From NCBI GenBank assembly GCA_963713975.1, contig OY970218.1, forward strand, positions 3,360,001 through 3,424,000: a stretch of DNA of 64,000 nucleotides. Direction: 5' to 3'. The stretch is from an uncultured Chloroflexia bacterium (lineage in GTDB: Bacteria > Chloroflexota > Limnocylindria > Limnocylindrales > CSP1-4). The position numbers and the translations under genes were made by a program. Below, in pieces: positions 18,708 to 29,501 of the stretch (positions within the stretch are counted from its first letter, which is position 1; the number at the start of each line of letters is the position of its first letter). The notes below the pieces were generated by a model. It had not been told where the DNA came from. It saw only the letters and a program-made list of their open reading frames with translations, and did not search any database.

Positions 18708-19568
18708 ATGCCAGTCCTCGACGACCTCTGGGACTTCGACGATCCCGCGACATCGGAGGCGCGCTTCCGGGCGGCGATCGAGGCGGCCGGTGCCTCCGGT
18801 GATCCCGCGGCAGCCGATGAGGCCCGTACGCAGCTGGCGCGGTCGATGGGTCTCCAGGGCCGGTTCGACGAGGGCCATGCAACCCTGGACCGGGTGGATG
18901 CCGATCACCCGGCCGAGGACCGGATCCGCGTGCGGTCACGCCTGGAGCGCGGCAGGCTCCTGCGGTCGGGCGATGACGTGCCCGCCTCCATCGCCCCGTT
19001 CGAAGCAGCGTGGGAGCTGGCGCGGGCGCTCGGCCAGGACGGACTGGCCGTCGACGCCGCCCACATGCTGGCCATCGTCGATGCTCCGCCCGGCGAGCCG
19101 GTCTGGCACCCGCGGGCGCTCGAGCTGGCCGACGCATCGCCCGACCCGGCCGCCCGCAAGTGGCGCGGCAGCCTGTGGAACAACATCGGCTGGGCACGCT
19201 TCGAGACTGGCGATCTCGCCGGTGCGATGGCCGCCTTCGAGACGGCCCTCGCCGCGCGCCGCGAGCAGGGCCAGCCCAGGGAGACCCGGGTCGCGCAGTG
19301 GTGCGTCGCCCGCTGCCTGCGCGCGCAGGGCCGTCCGGCCGAGGCGCTGGCGATCCTGCAACGACTGGTCGCCGAGACGGCGGCTGCCGGCGATCCGGAG
19401 GACGGGTACGGGACCGAGGAGATCGGCGAGTGCCTGCTGGCGATGGGTCGCGAGGAGGACGCACGGCCGTACTTCGCGCGGGCCGCGGAGATGCTCGGCG
19501 CCGATGCCTCGCTTGCGGAGCACGAACCGGACAGGATCACCCGCCTCCGGGACCTGGGCCGGGGCTGA
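18708..19568 (+). CDS. Tetratricopeptide-repeat protein
   Basis: LWDFDDPATSEARF, TQLARSMGLQG, SLWNNIGW, helical repeats; start chosen from TAGGAT-N7-ATG. Confidence 0.8.
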   Translation: MPVLDDLWDFDDPATSEARFRAAIEAAGASGDPAAADEARTQLARSMGLQGRFDEGHATLDRVDADHPAEDRIRVRSRLERGRLLRSGDDVPASIAPFEAAWELARALGQDGLAVDAAHMLAIVDAPPGEPVWHPRALELADASPDPAARKWRGSLWNNIGWARFETGDLAGAMAAFETALAARREQGQPRETRVAQWCVARCLRAQGRPAEALAILQRLVAETAAAGDPEDGYGTEEIGECLLAMGREEDARPYFARAAEMLGADASLAEHEPDRITRLRDLGRG

Positions 19569-19582
19569 GCCGGCGCCACCTG

Positions 19583-19624
19583 CGCGCGTAGGATCCCGCG
19601 CGCAGGATCCCGCGCGCCGGATCT
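19583..19624 (+). repeat. 3 x 14-bp tandem repeat
   Basis: CGCGCGTAGGATCC / CGCGCGCAGGATCC / CGCGCGCCGGATCT. Confidence 0.7.
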
Positions 19625-20190
19625 CAGCCGTGCCCGCTCCCCCGTGCCCCTTCCAGGATCCCCCGGATGATGGCCGCCTGCTCGCGTGCGTCGTCCAGCG
19701 CCCCGTGCGTGTGCGGCAGCGACACCGGATACCGCTCGATCATGTCCATCCGTGAGGTTCGAGCCCAGCTGTCCACCTCCGCCAGGTGCCGGCCGAGATA
19801 GAGCGCCTTGATATCGATCGCGCTGTGCCCCAGCGGGTTCCGACCCAGGTGCCGCCAGAACGCGTCGGCGATGAACATCCAGTCGAACGGGGCGTTGAGC
19901 GCCACCATCACCGGGCGCGAACCGGGCGGGACCACCTGGGCCAGCCACGCATCGAGCGCAAACATGGCCGCTGCCGGGTCCAGCCCCTCACGCTCCAGGG
20001 TGGTGCGATCCAGCCCATGGATCCGCTCGGCCTCCGCCTGCCAGGGGAGCCCGGGCTCGGGGCGCAGGCGCAGCTCGATCCCCCGCTCCGAATCGTCAAT
20101 CGGGCAGGCGCCGATGGACAGGAGGCTTCCAGTGTGCGGCGTGGGCCCCGACGTCTCGACGTCGATGCTGATCCAGGTCTCCACGGCCAT
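19624..20190 (-). CDS. DEDDh 3'-5' exonuclease (RNase T/DnaQ-like)
   Basis: IDVETSG, NAPFDW, HGALDDA motifs. Confidence 0.9.
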   Translation of the reverse strand: MAVETWISIDVETSGPTPHTGSLLSIGACPIDDSERGIELRLRPEPGLPWQAEAERIHGLDRTTLEREGLDPAAAMFALDAWLAQVVPPGSRPVMVALNAPFDWMFIADAFWRHLGRNPLGHSAIDIKALYLGRHLAEVDSWARTSRMDMIERYPVSLPHTHGALDDAREQAAIIRGILEGARGSGHG

Positions 20191-20296
20191 CGGCCTCCCT
20201 CGCGGCTTCCCCCGTGGCCGATACTAGCGAGGACCGGGACCTCGGGGGGTGCCGGCGGCGTCGTTGCCGGCCGATCGGTGGCGAGAGGTGCGACTG

Positions 20297-21649
20297 ATGG
20301 CGACGGGCAAACCGGACACGGAAGGCGGCCACGAGGACCGTGCGGCGGCCCTGGGGGACATCATGGCGTCTGCGGCGCGCCTGGGCGTGGAGCTCGACGA
20401 GGCCGAGGCCGCCGAGTGGATCGCGGCTCTCGAGGTGGAGTCCACCGGTGGAGACGTGGTCGTCGACGTGGACAGCGGCATCTTCGGCCACCGGGTCTCC
20501 ATGCTGGACTTCACGCCGCAGGATCTCGCCCGGTTCCGTGCCGTTGGTGAGATCGTGGGCTTCGCGGACCGTCCGCCGGAAGTGCGGACGGCCCTCGCGC
20601 TGTCCGGCTCCGCCGCCCAGGGCAAGGTCCAGGCCTTCCCGGGCGACTGCGACTACTTCGAGCGCATCCACATCACGGCACCCACTCGGGCCGAGGCCTG
20701 CACGATCCTCGCCCGGGAGATGCGGGCAAAGGCGATGGACACCCGCGTGGGACCCTCGTATCGGCTGTGGGAGGTCAAGTTCGGCGGCTACCCCTTCGAC
20801 GGCCAGCGAGACGACAAGCCTGCCCGCAAGGGTGCTCCTATCTCCTGGTCGGCCGACGAGGTCGCGGCCGGTGCCGTCATGGTGGTCCGCGACGGCGAAC
20901 CGGTGACGGTGACCTGGGACGAGGTGGCCGGCGAGCCGGGCTGGTGCAAGCTTGACTGGATCGTGGCGGACCCGGAGCGCCGCGCCCTGGCCAACGCGAG
21001 CAACATGCTCGACGTGACGTGGGAGGCGCCCGATGGCGAGATCACGCCGCTCGACGGATTCGTGGACCCCTACTTCCAGGAGGTCTACCTCGAGCCCGAG
21101 TCCCTGCCCCTGTTCCAGAAGCTGATCGGCGAGCTGGCCACGGACTCCGTGGAGGTGTACGTCTCGCAGCTGGAGCACGAGGTCGTCAAGTACGCGACCA
21201 AGGATGTCAGCTGGGGCAAGGTCGCCCGCCGGCTGTACAACATCTTCCGACTCACGGGCCGCTATCCCGAGGCCGCCTACCTGCGTGAGCTGTTCGATGA
21301 GCCGACCACGGTCCTGTACCAGGTTGCCGCCCTCGTGCGCACCCTCGACGAGGCCGATCGCCCCGGCGCCGAGTTCGAGACCGAGATGATGCTCCGCCAG
21401 ACGGACGAGCTCATCATGTCGGCGGTCCAGGCGCTGGAAGGCCGCAGCGAGGCCGAGATGGTCCGCCATCTCCTCGCGCTTCGCGACAACATCCAGGCCC
21501 GCCACGGGACCGCCGGACGGATCGACGATGTGAGCGGGGTGAAGGAGCGGGCGATGGAGGCCGTCAACGAGTACTTCGAGCACCGGTTGTTCGAGGTCCC
21601 ATCGATCAAGGCCTACGTGGTCGGGCTGGTGGCCGCCTCCGCCCCCTGA
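20297..21649 (+). CDS. Uncharacterised protein with pol-beta-type nucleotidyltransferase motif
   Basis: LSGSAAQGKVQAFPGDCDYFE (hGS..DxD) followed by a helical C-terminal half; GAGGTG SD. Confidence 0.6.
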   Translation: MATGKPDTEGGHEDRAAALGDIMASAARLGVELDEAEAAEWIAALEVESTGGDVVVDVDSGIFGHRVSMLDFTPQDLARFRAVGEIVGFADRPPEVRTALALSGSAAQGKVQAFPGDCDYFERIHITAPTRAEACTILAREMRAKAMDTRVGPSYRLWEVKFGGYPFDGQRDDKPARKGAPISWSADEVAAGAVMVVRDGEPVTVTWDEVAGEPGWCKLDWIVADPERRALANASNMLDVTWEAPDGEITPLDGFVDPYFQEVYLEPESLPLFQKLIGELATDSVEVYVSQLEHEVVKYATKDVSWGKVARRLYNIFRLTGRYPEAAYLRELFDEPTTVLYQVAALVRTLDEADRPGAEFETEMMLRQTDELIMSAVQALEGRSEAEMVRHLLALRDNIQARHGTAGRIDDVSGVKERAMEAVNEYFEHRLFEVPSIKAYVVGLVAASAP

Positions 21650-21673
21650 TCCACGCGTGCGCTCCGTCGCCTC

Positions 21674-22945
21674 TCAGCTCAGGTAGCGCAGCCAGAGGTA
21701 GCCGGTCGAGATCACCAGCGACACGAGCACCACCACCGAGCCGTACTTCAGGAACTCGACGAAGCGGATCGGATGGCCGGACCGAGCCGCGAGGTTGGCG
21801 ACGACCACGTTCGCCGATGCGCCCACGATGGTCAGGTTGCCGCCCAGGCACGCGCCCAGCGCCAGCGACCACCACAGGGGCTCGATGTCCATGCCTGTCT
21901 GCCCCAGCCGCTCGACCACCGGGATCGCCGTGGCGGTGTACGGGATGTTGTCGACGATGGCGGAGGCGATGGCGGAGAACCAGAGCAGGCCGATGGTGGC
22001 GGCCTCCGGCTGGCCTGCCGAGGCCTGGGCGAGCTGGTCGGCGAAGCCGCCGACGATCCCGGTCTGGACGATCCCCTCGACGAGGATGAACAGCCCGACG
22101 AAGAAGAACAGCGTCGACCACTCGATCTCCCGCAGGGTCCGGTGCGGGTCGAGCTTGGCCACCAGCATCAGCACCGTCGCTCCCAGCAGGGCGATGGTCG
22201 CGGGCTCCACCCCGATGGCCGAATGGATCAGGAACCCGAAGATCGTGGCGCCGGCGACGATCAGCGAGCGGATCAGGAGCCCGCGATCCTGGATCACGTT
22301 CTCCTCCTGCCGCTCGAGGGCCGCCTCCCGGCGTTCGTCGGGTACCTGGAGCGCGCCCTTGAACGCGATGCGGACGATGACGACGAAGGCGAGGAAGACG
22401 AGGACGGTGACCGGCCCGAGGTTGAGCAGGAACTCGCCGAACCCCAGGCCGGCCGCCGAGCCGATCAGGATGTTGGGCGGGTCGCCGATGAGGGTCGCGG
22501 TGCCGCCGATGTTCGAGGCGAGGATGCCGGAGATCAGGTAGGGCATCGGAGACACGTCGAGCCGCCGCGCGATCGAGAGCGTGATCGGCGTCATGAGCAC
22601 CACCGTCGTCACGTTGTCGAGGAACGCGGACAGGACGGCGGTCACGGTCGCCAGGATCAGGAGCAGCCGGATGGGATGGCCGCGGGACAGCGCCACGGAT
22701 CGGATCGCCAGCAGCTCGAAGAAGCCCGTCTTGGCGAGGACCGACGCGATCACCATCATCCCCGCCAGCAGGAAGATGACGTTGAGGTCGATCGCCGCGA
22801 ACGCCTCGTGCTGGTCGAGGATCCCGAAGGCGACCATGAGCAGGCCGCCGAGCAGCGCGATGAGGGTGCGATCCCACCGCTCGAGCGCGATCAGCACATA
22901 GGCGACGACGAAGATCGCCGCTGCGACCCAGGCATCCATGCTCAC
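21674..22945 (-). CDS. ArsB/NhaD family ion transporter
   Basis: SAFLDNVTTV, ASNIGGTATLIGDPPN, SAIVDNIP, GGNLTIVGASANVV. Confidence 0.92.
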   Translation of the reverse strand: MSMDAWVAAAIFVVAYVLIALERWDRTLIALLGGLLMVAFGILDQHEAFAAIDLNVIFLLAGMMVIASVLAKTGFFELLAIRSVALSRGHPIRLLLILATVTAVLSAFLDNVTTVVLMTPITLSIARRLDVSPMPYLISGILASNIGGTATLIGDPPNILIGSAAGLGFGEFLLNLGPVTVLVFLAFVVIVRIAFKGALQVPDERREAALERQEENVIQDRGLLIRSLIVAGATIFGFLIHSAIGVEPATIALLGATVLMLVAKLDPHRTLREIEWSTLFFFVGLFILVEGIVQTGIVGGFADQLAQASAGQPEAATIGLLWFSAIASAIVDNIPYTATAIPVVERLGQTGMDIEPLWWSLALGACLGGNLTIVGASANVVVANLAARSGHPIRFVEFLKYGSVVVLVSLVISTGYLWLRYLS

Positions 22946-23033
22946 GGGAGCCACCCCTCGGTGGGCGTGGGGCGGGATCTCGTGGCACGGGCCGCGAAAG
23001 ACCGGCGCCGGGCATCAGGGAGACGGGGGCGCG

Positions 23034-23117
23034 TCAGCAATCCGGTCCGTCGCCGGCCGCCACCACCAGCGGCGCGCGCCCGCAGGGCACCGCGTTCATC
23101 GTCTCCAGGATCTTCAC
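23034..23117 (-). CDS. Candidate leaderless 27-aa leader peptide MKILETMNAVPCGRAPLVVAAGDGPDC
   Basis: TATTCT (23125-23130)-N7-GTG, then stop and C-rich spacer before the transporter gene. Confidence 0.35.
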   Translation of the reverse strand: MKILETMNAVPCGRAPLVVAAGDGPDC

Positions 23118-23183
23118 GGGCCCAAGAATACCCGGAGCGGCGACCACGACCGCCGGTCGCCTACGGGCTGAACTCAGGGGAAG

Positions 23184-23258
23184 TGGCTCCGGCGGTAGGA
23201 TTCGAACCTACGACCAAGTGATTAACAGTCACCCGCTCTACCACTGAGCTACGCCGGA
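23184..23258 (-). tRNA. tRNA-Asn (GTT)
   Basis: TCCGGCGTAGCTCAGTGGTAGAGCGGGTGACTGTTAATCAC..GGTTCGAATCC..GGAGCCA; cloverleaf with encoded CCA. Confidence 0.98.
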
Positions 23259-23399
23259 GCGAGGAAGCCGGCCGGGGCCGTCTTCGGGAGCGCCGTCGCG
23301 GCGCCGCGGGTGAGAATAGCAGGACCCCGGGCCGCCATGCCGCAATGCTAGGGCTCGCCGCCGCTGCGGGACCTCCCCGGCGACCCTAGACTCAAGGCC

Positions 23400-24245
23400 A
23401 TGAGCCTGATCTCCCCGGACGAGCTGCTCGCGCGGCTCGGTGACCCCACGCTCCGGATCTGCGACGTGCGCTGGTGGCTCACCGATCCGGGCAAGGGGCG
23501 CCGCGATTACGCCGCCGCCCACCTCGCGGGCGCGGTCTTCGTGGACGCCGACCGGGACCTTGTGGCTCCAGTGGGTCCAGGCCGCCATCCCCTCCCCTCC
23601 CCGGCCGAGTTCGCACGGCGGATGGAGCAGCTGGGCATCGGCGACAACAGCGACGTGGTCGCCTATGACGACGCGGGTGGAACGATCGCGGCCCGCCTGT
23701 GGTGGATGCTGGACGACCTTGGCCACGCAAGGGTGCGGGTGCTCGATGGCGGGATCGAGGCGTGGGTGGCGGCCGGCGGCGCGTTGACGGACGAGGTCCC
23801 GGCCACCCGGCCCGGCCGGCTGACCCTGCGAACGGCGTGGACCCGGACCATCGACCGCGAGGCGCTGGTGCCCCGCCTGATCGCCGCGGACATCGCGCTG
23901 ACCGACGCGCGGGCCCCCGAGCGCTACCGCGGCGAAGTGGAGCCCGTGGATCCCGTGCCCGGCCACATCCCGGGCGCCGTCAGCCGGCCCACCGCCGGCA
24001 ACCTGGGGCCAGACGGGCGGTTCCTGCCGCCAGATGCCCTCCGCGGCCGGTTCGCCGACCTGGGGCTGCAGGTCGCGGTTGCCTGTGGGTCGGGCATCAA
24101 CGCCTGCCACAACGCGCTCGCTATGCGGATCGCGGGCCTGCCGGATCCCCTGCTCTACCCCGGGTCATACAGCGATTGGGCGACGGCCGGGATGCCGATT
24201 GCGACCGGCGATGCGCCCGGAAGGCTGTACCGGGAGCCCGGATAG
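23400..24245 (+). CDS. Two-domain rhodanese/3-mercaptopyruvate sulfurtransferase (SseA-like)
   Basis: GRHPLP, AARLWWML, VLDGG, GHIPGA, active-site CGSG, YPGSYSDW. Confidence 0.92.
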   Translation: MSLISPDELLARLGDPTLRICDVRWWLTDPGKGRRDYAAAHLAGAVFVDADRDLVAPVGPGRHPLPSPAEFARRMEQLGIGDNSDVVAYDDAGGTIAARLWWMLDDLGHARVRVLDGGIEAWVAAGGALTDEVPATRPGRLTLRTAWTRTIDREALVPRLIAADIALTDARAPERYRGEVEPVDPVPGHIPGAVSRPTAGNLGPDGRFLPPDALRGRFADLGLQVAVACGSGINACHNALAMRIAGLPDPLLYPGSYSDWATAGMPIATGDAPGRLYREPG

Positions 24246-24248
24246 GCG

Positions 24249-24575
24249 CTACGCCGCTCGAGGATCCTGGCCGCGGGCCCACACCCGCAGGACCAGCAGC
24301 TGCACGACGGCCACGAGCAGCGCCGCCGCGAAGCCGATCGCGATGTCTCCCAGGAGCGCCACCTGGAACCCGAACAGCCCGATCTCCGGGCCAACGACGA
24401 GTCCCAGCTTGTGCCCGATCACGTAGAACGCCCCGAAGCTCGCGAGGATCGGCAGCGGGTACGCAGCGAGGCCCCGGGGGCCGCCCCAGCGCGCGACCAG
24501 GCGCACCGCCAGGATGCCGACCAACGCGGAGCACAGCAGGAACAGCGAGACCAGAGCGTAGGCTTGCGGCGGCAT
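24249..24575 (-). CDS. Small three-TM membrane protein
   Basis: Hydrophobic ORF; TAGGAT-N6-ATG. Confidence 0.65.
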   Translation of the reverse strand: MPPQAYALVSLFLLCSALVGILAVRLVARWGGPRGLAAYPLPILASFGAFYVIGHKLGLVVGPEIGLFGFQVALLGDIAIGFAAALLVAVVQLLVLRVWARGQDPRAA

Positions 24576-24609
24576 GGCCCGATCCTAGCCCGGATCCGCG
24601 CGCCGGGCG

Positions 24610-26985
24610 TCAGCGGCGGCCGCGCACCTTCGCCGAGACGTAGCTGCGATTGCCGGCCGCGTCCACAGCGCGCACGTAGTAGCGGGCGCCCCTGACGGTG
24701 TAGATGCGGATCTTCGAGACCTTGGTGACCGCCACCGGCCTCGAGCGGCCCGCCCGGTAGACGTAGTACTTGGCGACCTTGACGTTGTCCACCGACGACG
24801 ACCAGTCGAACTTCACGTAGGCGCCGGACCTCGACACCCTGTGGAAGGACTTCGGCGTGCTGGGTCGGGCGGTGTCGGCGAGCGTCTTGACGGTGATCAC
24901 CGCGGTGGGACCGACGTGGCCGCCCGCGTCGAGCGCTGCGACGGTGTACGCGTAGCTCGTCCGCGGTGCCCGTGCGGTGTCCTTCCAGGTGAGCGTCGAC
25001 GGGGTGGCCACCACGGTCCCGTTTCGGGTCACGCGATAGCCCACCACCCCGACGTCATCGGTCGCCGCCGTCCAGGCCAGCGACACGGTGGTCGTCGTGA
25101 CGGTTCCGCTGACCTCGTCGGGGGCCGTCGGGGCCTGGCTGTCGCTCGGCGGCGGGCTGGTGGGGCCGGGCGTCGGGGTTGCCGTTGGCGCAGGCGTCGC
25201 GGTCGGCGCAGCCGTCGGGCTTGCGGTCGGAGTCGGACTGGCCGTCGCGGTGGCGGTCGGTGCAGGCGTAGGCGTCGGGCTTGCCGTCGGGGTCGGACTG
25301 GCCGTCGCACCCGGTGTCGGCGTCGGGTTCGCAACGACGGGAACGGTCACCGGCACCGACACCGCAGGCCCGAGGTTGGTCGAGGTGTCGACGGCCGCGA
25401 CGGTGTAGGCGTACGAGGCGCCAGCGGCAACCGAGACGTCCGTCCAGGACGTCGCGCCCGCCGCGGTCGTGGCGAGCGTCGTGCCGTCACGGCTGATCCG
25501 GTACCCCGCGATCGCGACGTTGTCGCTGGCCGACGTCCAGCCGAGCGTCACCGATGCCGGTGTGCCCGTCCACGTGACGTTCCCGGGGGCCGTCGGCGCG
25601 ATCCCCTCACGGACGCGGACCAGGATCCCGTCCGCGTCGATGGACATCGGGGTGATCGAGATCGTCGACACCGGGTCGGTCATCGTGCTGCCGACCTGGA
25701 GCGGTGCGTCCTTGAGGTCTGCCGTGGCGGGCGTGCTGTCGAGGAGGAGCGTGGCCAAGGGCGACCCCGTCGGACTGGCCGTGCCCCTGCCGATGCGGAC
25801 GGTCACGCCAACGACCGCGGGCGAGCCCACGGCATAGGTGTCGAACGAGCCATACGGCGTCCTGATGTCAAGGTCGAAGTACGTGCCGTCGCCGCGCGGG
25901 ATCTGCACCAGCCGCAGGCCGCTGGAGCCGAAGTACGGGGCGATCGTGTAGGTGTTGCCGGGCACGCCGATCACCTTCTCGGCCGCATCCAGCCAGCCCA
26001 GCTCGCCGAGGTGGGAGGCGTGGTTGTGGCGCAGCGCGTTGTTGCCCATCGTGGAGAAGGGATCCGCGTAGCCCACCTCGGTGCACTCTGTGGTGGCCGC
26101 GATCATCACGCGCGTCCCACCACTGACGCAGTAGTCGGCGTTCGAGTGGGCCAGGCCGAAGTTGTGGCCAACCTCGTGGGTCATGACCTGGACGCTGAGC
26201 GTCCCGTTGAGATAGCTGTACCGGCCGGGCACGTACCCCAGGCCGGCCCAGACGCACTGGCTGGTGTAGGGAAAGACGAACATCACGTTGGTGTAGGCGG
26301 CCAGGTTGGCACCCGCGGCGTTGGCGGCGTTCCAGGCCAGCGTGTGCCACGACTGCCAACCGCAGCCGGTGGTAACCGCGTCGATCGTGTACCAGCCGAA
26401 CACCGCCCCGGTCGTCGTCAGGCGGCCCTTCGACTCCTCCTCGTAGTAGCGCTTGAAGCTCGTGGAGCTGTTGAGCAGCGCGTCCTCGACGGAGGCCTTC
26501 GTGAATGGCTGGGTGGTGAGGTTCGAGAAGTTGAACATCACGACCGCGAAGCTCTTCGCGACAGGGTTGGTGAGGGCCTCCACCGTGCCCTCGGAGGTCG
26601 TCCCGCCCGCGAGGGGCACGCTGCCGGTCTCCGTCTCCCATGCGCCCAGCACCGGGGTCTTCGCCCGCTGGCGGATCCTGAGGCCGTGGCCCGGCGCGGC
26701 CGACGCGACCCTGAGGGCGCCGCGAACCCGGGTGCCGGTGACCGACACGCGGGAACCCGCTAGTTCGCGCGGGCTCCCGGACGCGAACTCCAAGGGCGTG
26801 ATGACCGGTCCGGAGCGCAGCGTGTGCACGAAGTGGTCCCGACCGTCGCCCATCTCCACCTGGGCCGTCTCGATGGTCCCCGTGAGGGTCTCCTCAGCGG
26901 CCCCACCGGCGGTGACGGCGGAGACCGGGGCCGCGAATATCGCGGCGAGGACGAGGGCAGGCAGGACCTGCAAGGACGGGCGCAT
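24610..26985 (-). CDS. Secreted zinc metallopeptidase (M11/M6-like) with fibronectin type III domains and Pro/Thr linker
   Basis: Signal peptide; HEVGHNFGLAH metzincin motif; YADPFSTMG Met-turn; W..A.D.V.V.GY FN3 repeats; PTASPTPT repeats. Confidence 0.88.
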   Translation of the reverse strand: MRPSLQVLPALVLAAIFAAPVSAVTAGGAAEETLTGTIETAQVEMGDGRDHFVHTLRSGPVITPLEFASGSPRELAGSRVSVTGTRVRGALRVASAAPGHGLRIRQRAKTPVLGAWETETGSVPLAGGTTSEGTVEALTNPVAKSFAVVMFNFSNLTTQPFTKASVEDALLNSSTSFKRYYEEESKGRLTTTGAVFGWYTIDAVTTGCGWQSWHTLAWNAANAAGANLAAYTNVMFVFPYTSQCVWAGLGYVPGRYSYLNGTLSVQVMTHEVGHNFGLAHSNADYCVSGGTRVMIAATTECTEVGYADPFSTMGNNALRHNHASHLGELGWLDAAEKVIGVPGNTYTIAPYFGSSGLRLVQIPRGDGTYFDLDIRTPYGSFDTYAVGSPAVVGVTVRIGRGTASPTGSPLATLLLDSTPATADLKDAPLQVGSTMTDPVSTISITPMSIDADGILVRVREGIAPTAPGNVTWTGTPASVTLGWTSASDNVAIAGYRISRDGTTLATTAAGATSWTDVSVAAGASYAYTVAAVDTSTNLGPAVSVPVTVPVVANPTPTPGATASPTPTASPTPTPAPTATATASPTPTASPTAAPTATPAPTATPTPGPTSPPPSDSQAPTAPDEVSGTVTTTTVSLAWTAATDDVGVVGYRVTRNGTVVATPSTLTWKDTARAPRTSYAYTVAALDAGGHVGPTAVITVKTLADTARPSTPKSFHRVSRSGAYVKFDWSSSVDNVKVAKYYVYRAGRSRPVAVTKVSKIRIYTVRGARYYVRAVDAAGNRSYVSAKVRGRR

Positions 26986-27204
26986 GTGGCTCCTTGGCTC
27001 CTGGACGGCACACGCGTGGCGTGCATCCGAAGCGTCGGTCCCCGTGGCGCGCGATGGCATCGCCCGGGTTGTTCATCTGCGCTCGGTCAATGGTCCCGGT
27101 GCGGTGCGGGCACGCGCCAGCGCCGGATCCTGTGCGGTCGGGTCGAGGGTGGTTGGGGCCGGATGTGGCCGATCCGGCCCAGGTTCAGCAGGCGGCCCGA
27201 GGCG

Positions 27205-27561
27205 TCAGGCGCCCGCGGGCTCCTCGGGCTGGACGGCACCCACGGCGTCGTCCGCGGCGTCGGCAACGGTCCCCGCGGCGTCGTCCGCGGCGGCGGCCAG
27301 GTCCCCCGCCACGTCCCCGGCATCACCGGAGACGGATGCGGTGAGATCGCGCACCTGGGCGATCCGGGTGTCGAGCTGCACCTGCATCTCGGCAACCGCC
27401 GATTCGACCCTCGCGCCAAGCGCGTCGAGGTCGCCCTTGCTGATCTCCGAGCGGACCTCCTCGAACACCTCGCGAAGATCACGGCCGGTCTGGACCGAGT
27501 ACGCGACGGCACCCACGGCGCCGATCACCAGCCCGCTGAGGAACCCTACGACGACCTTCAT
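27205..27561 (-). CDS. YtxH-like protein (N-terminal TM plus Ala/Asp-rich coiled coil)
   Basis: GFLSGLVIGAVGAVAY..TGRDLRE; AAGGAGG SD. Confidence 0.65.
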   Translation of the reverse strand: MKVVVGFLSGLVIGAVGAVAYSVQTGRDLREVFEEVRSEISKGDLDALGARVESAVAEMQVQLDTRIAQVRDLTASVSGDAGDVAGDLAAAADDAAGTVADAADDAVGAVQPEEPAGA

Positions 27562-27677
27562 GCTGCTTCCTCCTTGGTGGCACCCAGCTCGACGGGCCCC
27601 CGCGTATGGCTCAAGGATACGCCCGAACGCCGCAGGCCCCGGCCGGGCCGGGTCGTTCCGGCTTGTGCGCCTGCGGT

Positions 27678-29417
<1,740 letters not shown>

Positions 29418-29501
29418 GTCAGCGGGTCCTCCGAGTGGTGGGGCGCGGTGCGATGGGACGCATCCGTGGATGGATTGGGTGGGTGATCGAGGATCGGCCG
29501 G

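Noticed and set aside
23000-23184. Integrative element at the tRNA-Asn 3' end
   Set aside because: No integrase and no duplicate of the tRNA 3' end seen in the window.
25150-25330. CRISPR-like periodic repeats
   Set aside because: In-frame Pro/Thr/Ala linker codons inside the protease gene; no unique spacers and no cas genes.
26990-27100. c-di-GMP or other riboswitch upstream of the secreted protease
   Set aside because: Some pairing potential, but the GEMM hallmarks (GCAAA, GAAA tetraloop/receptor) were not found.
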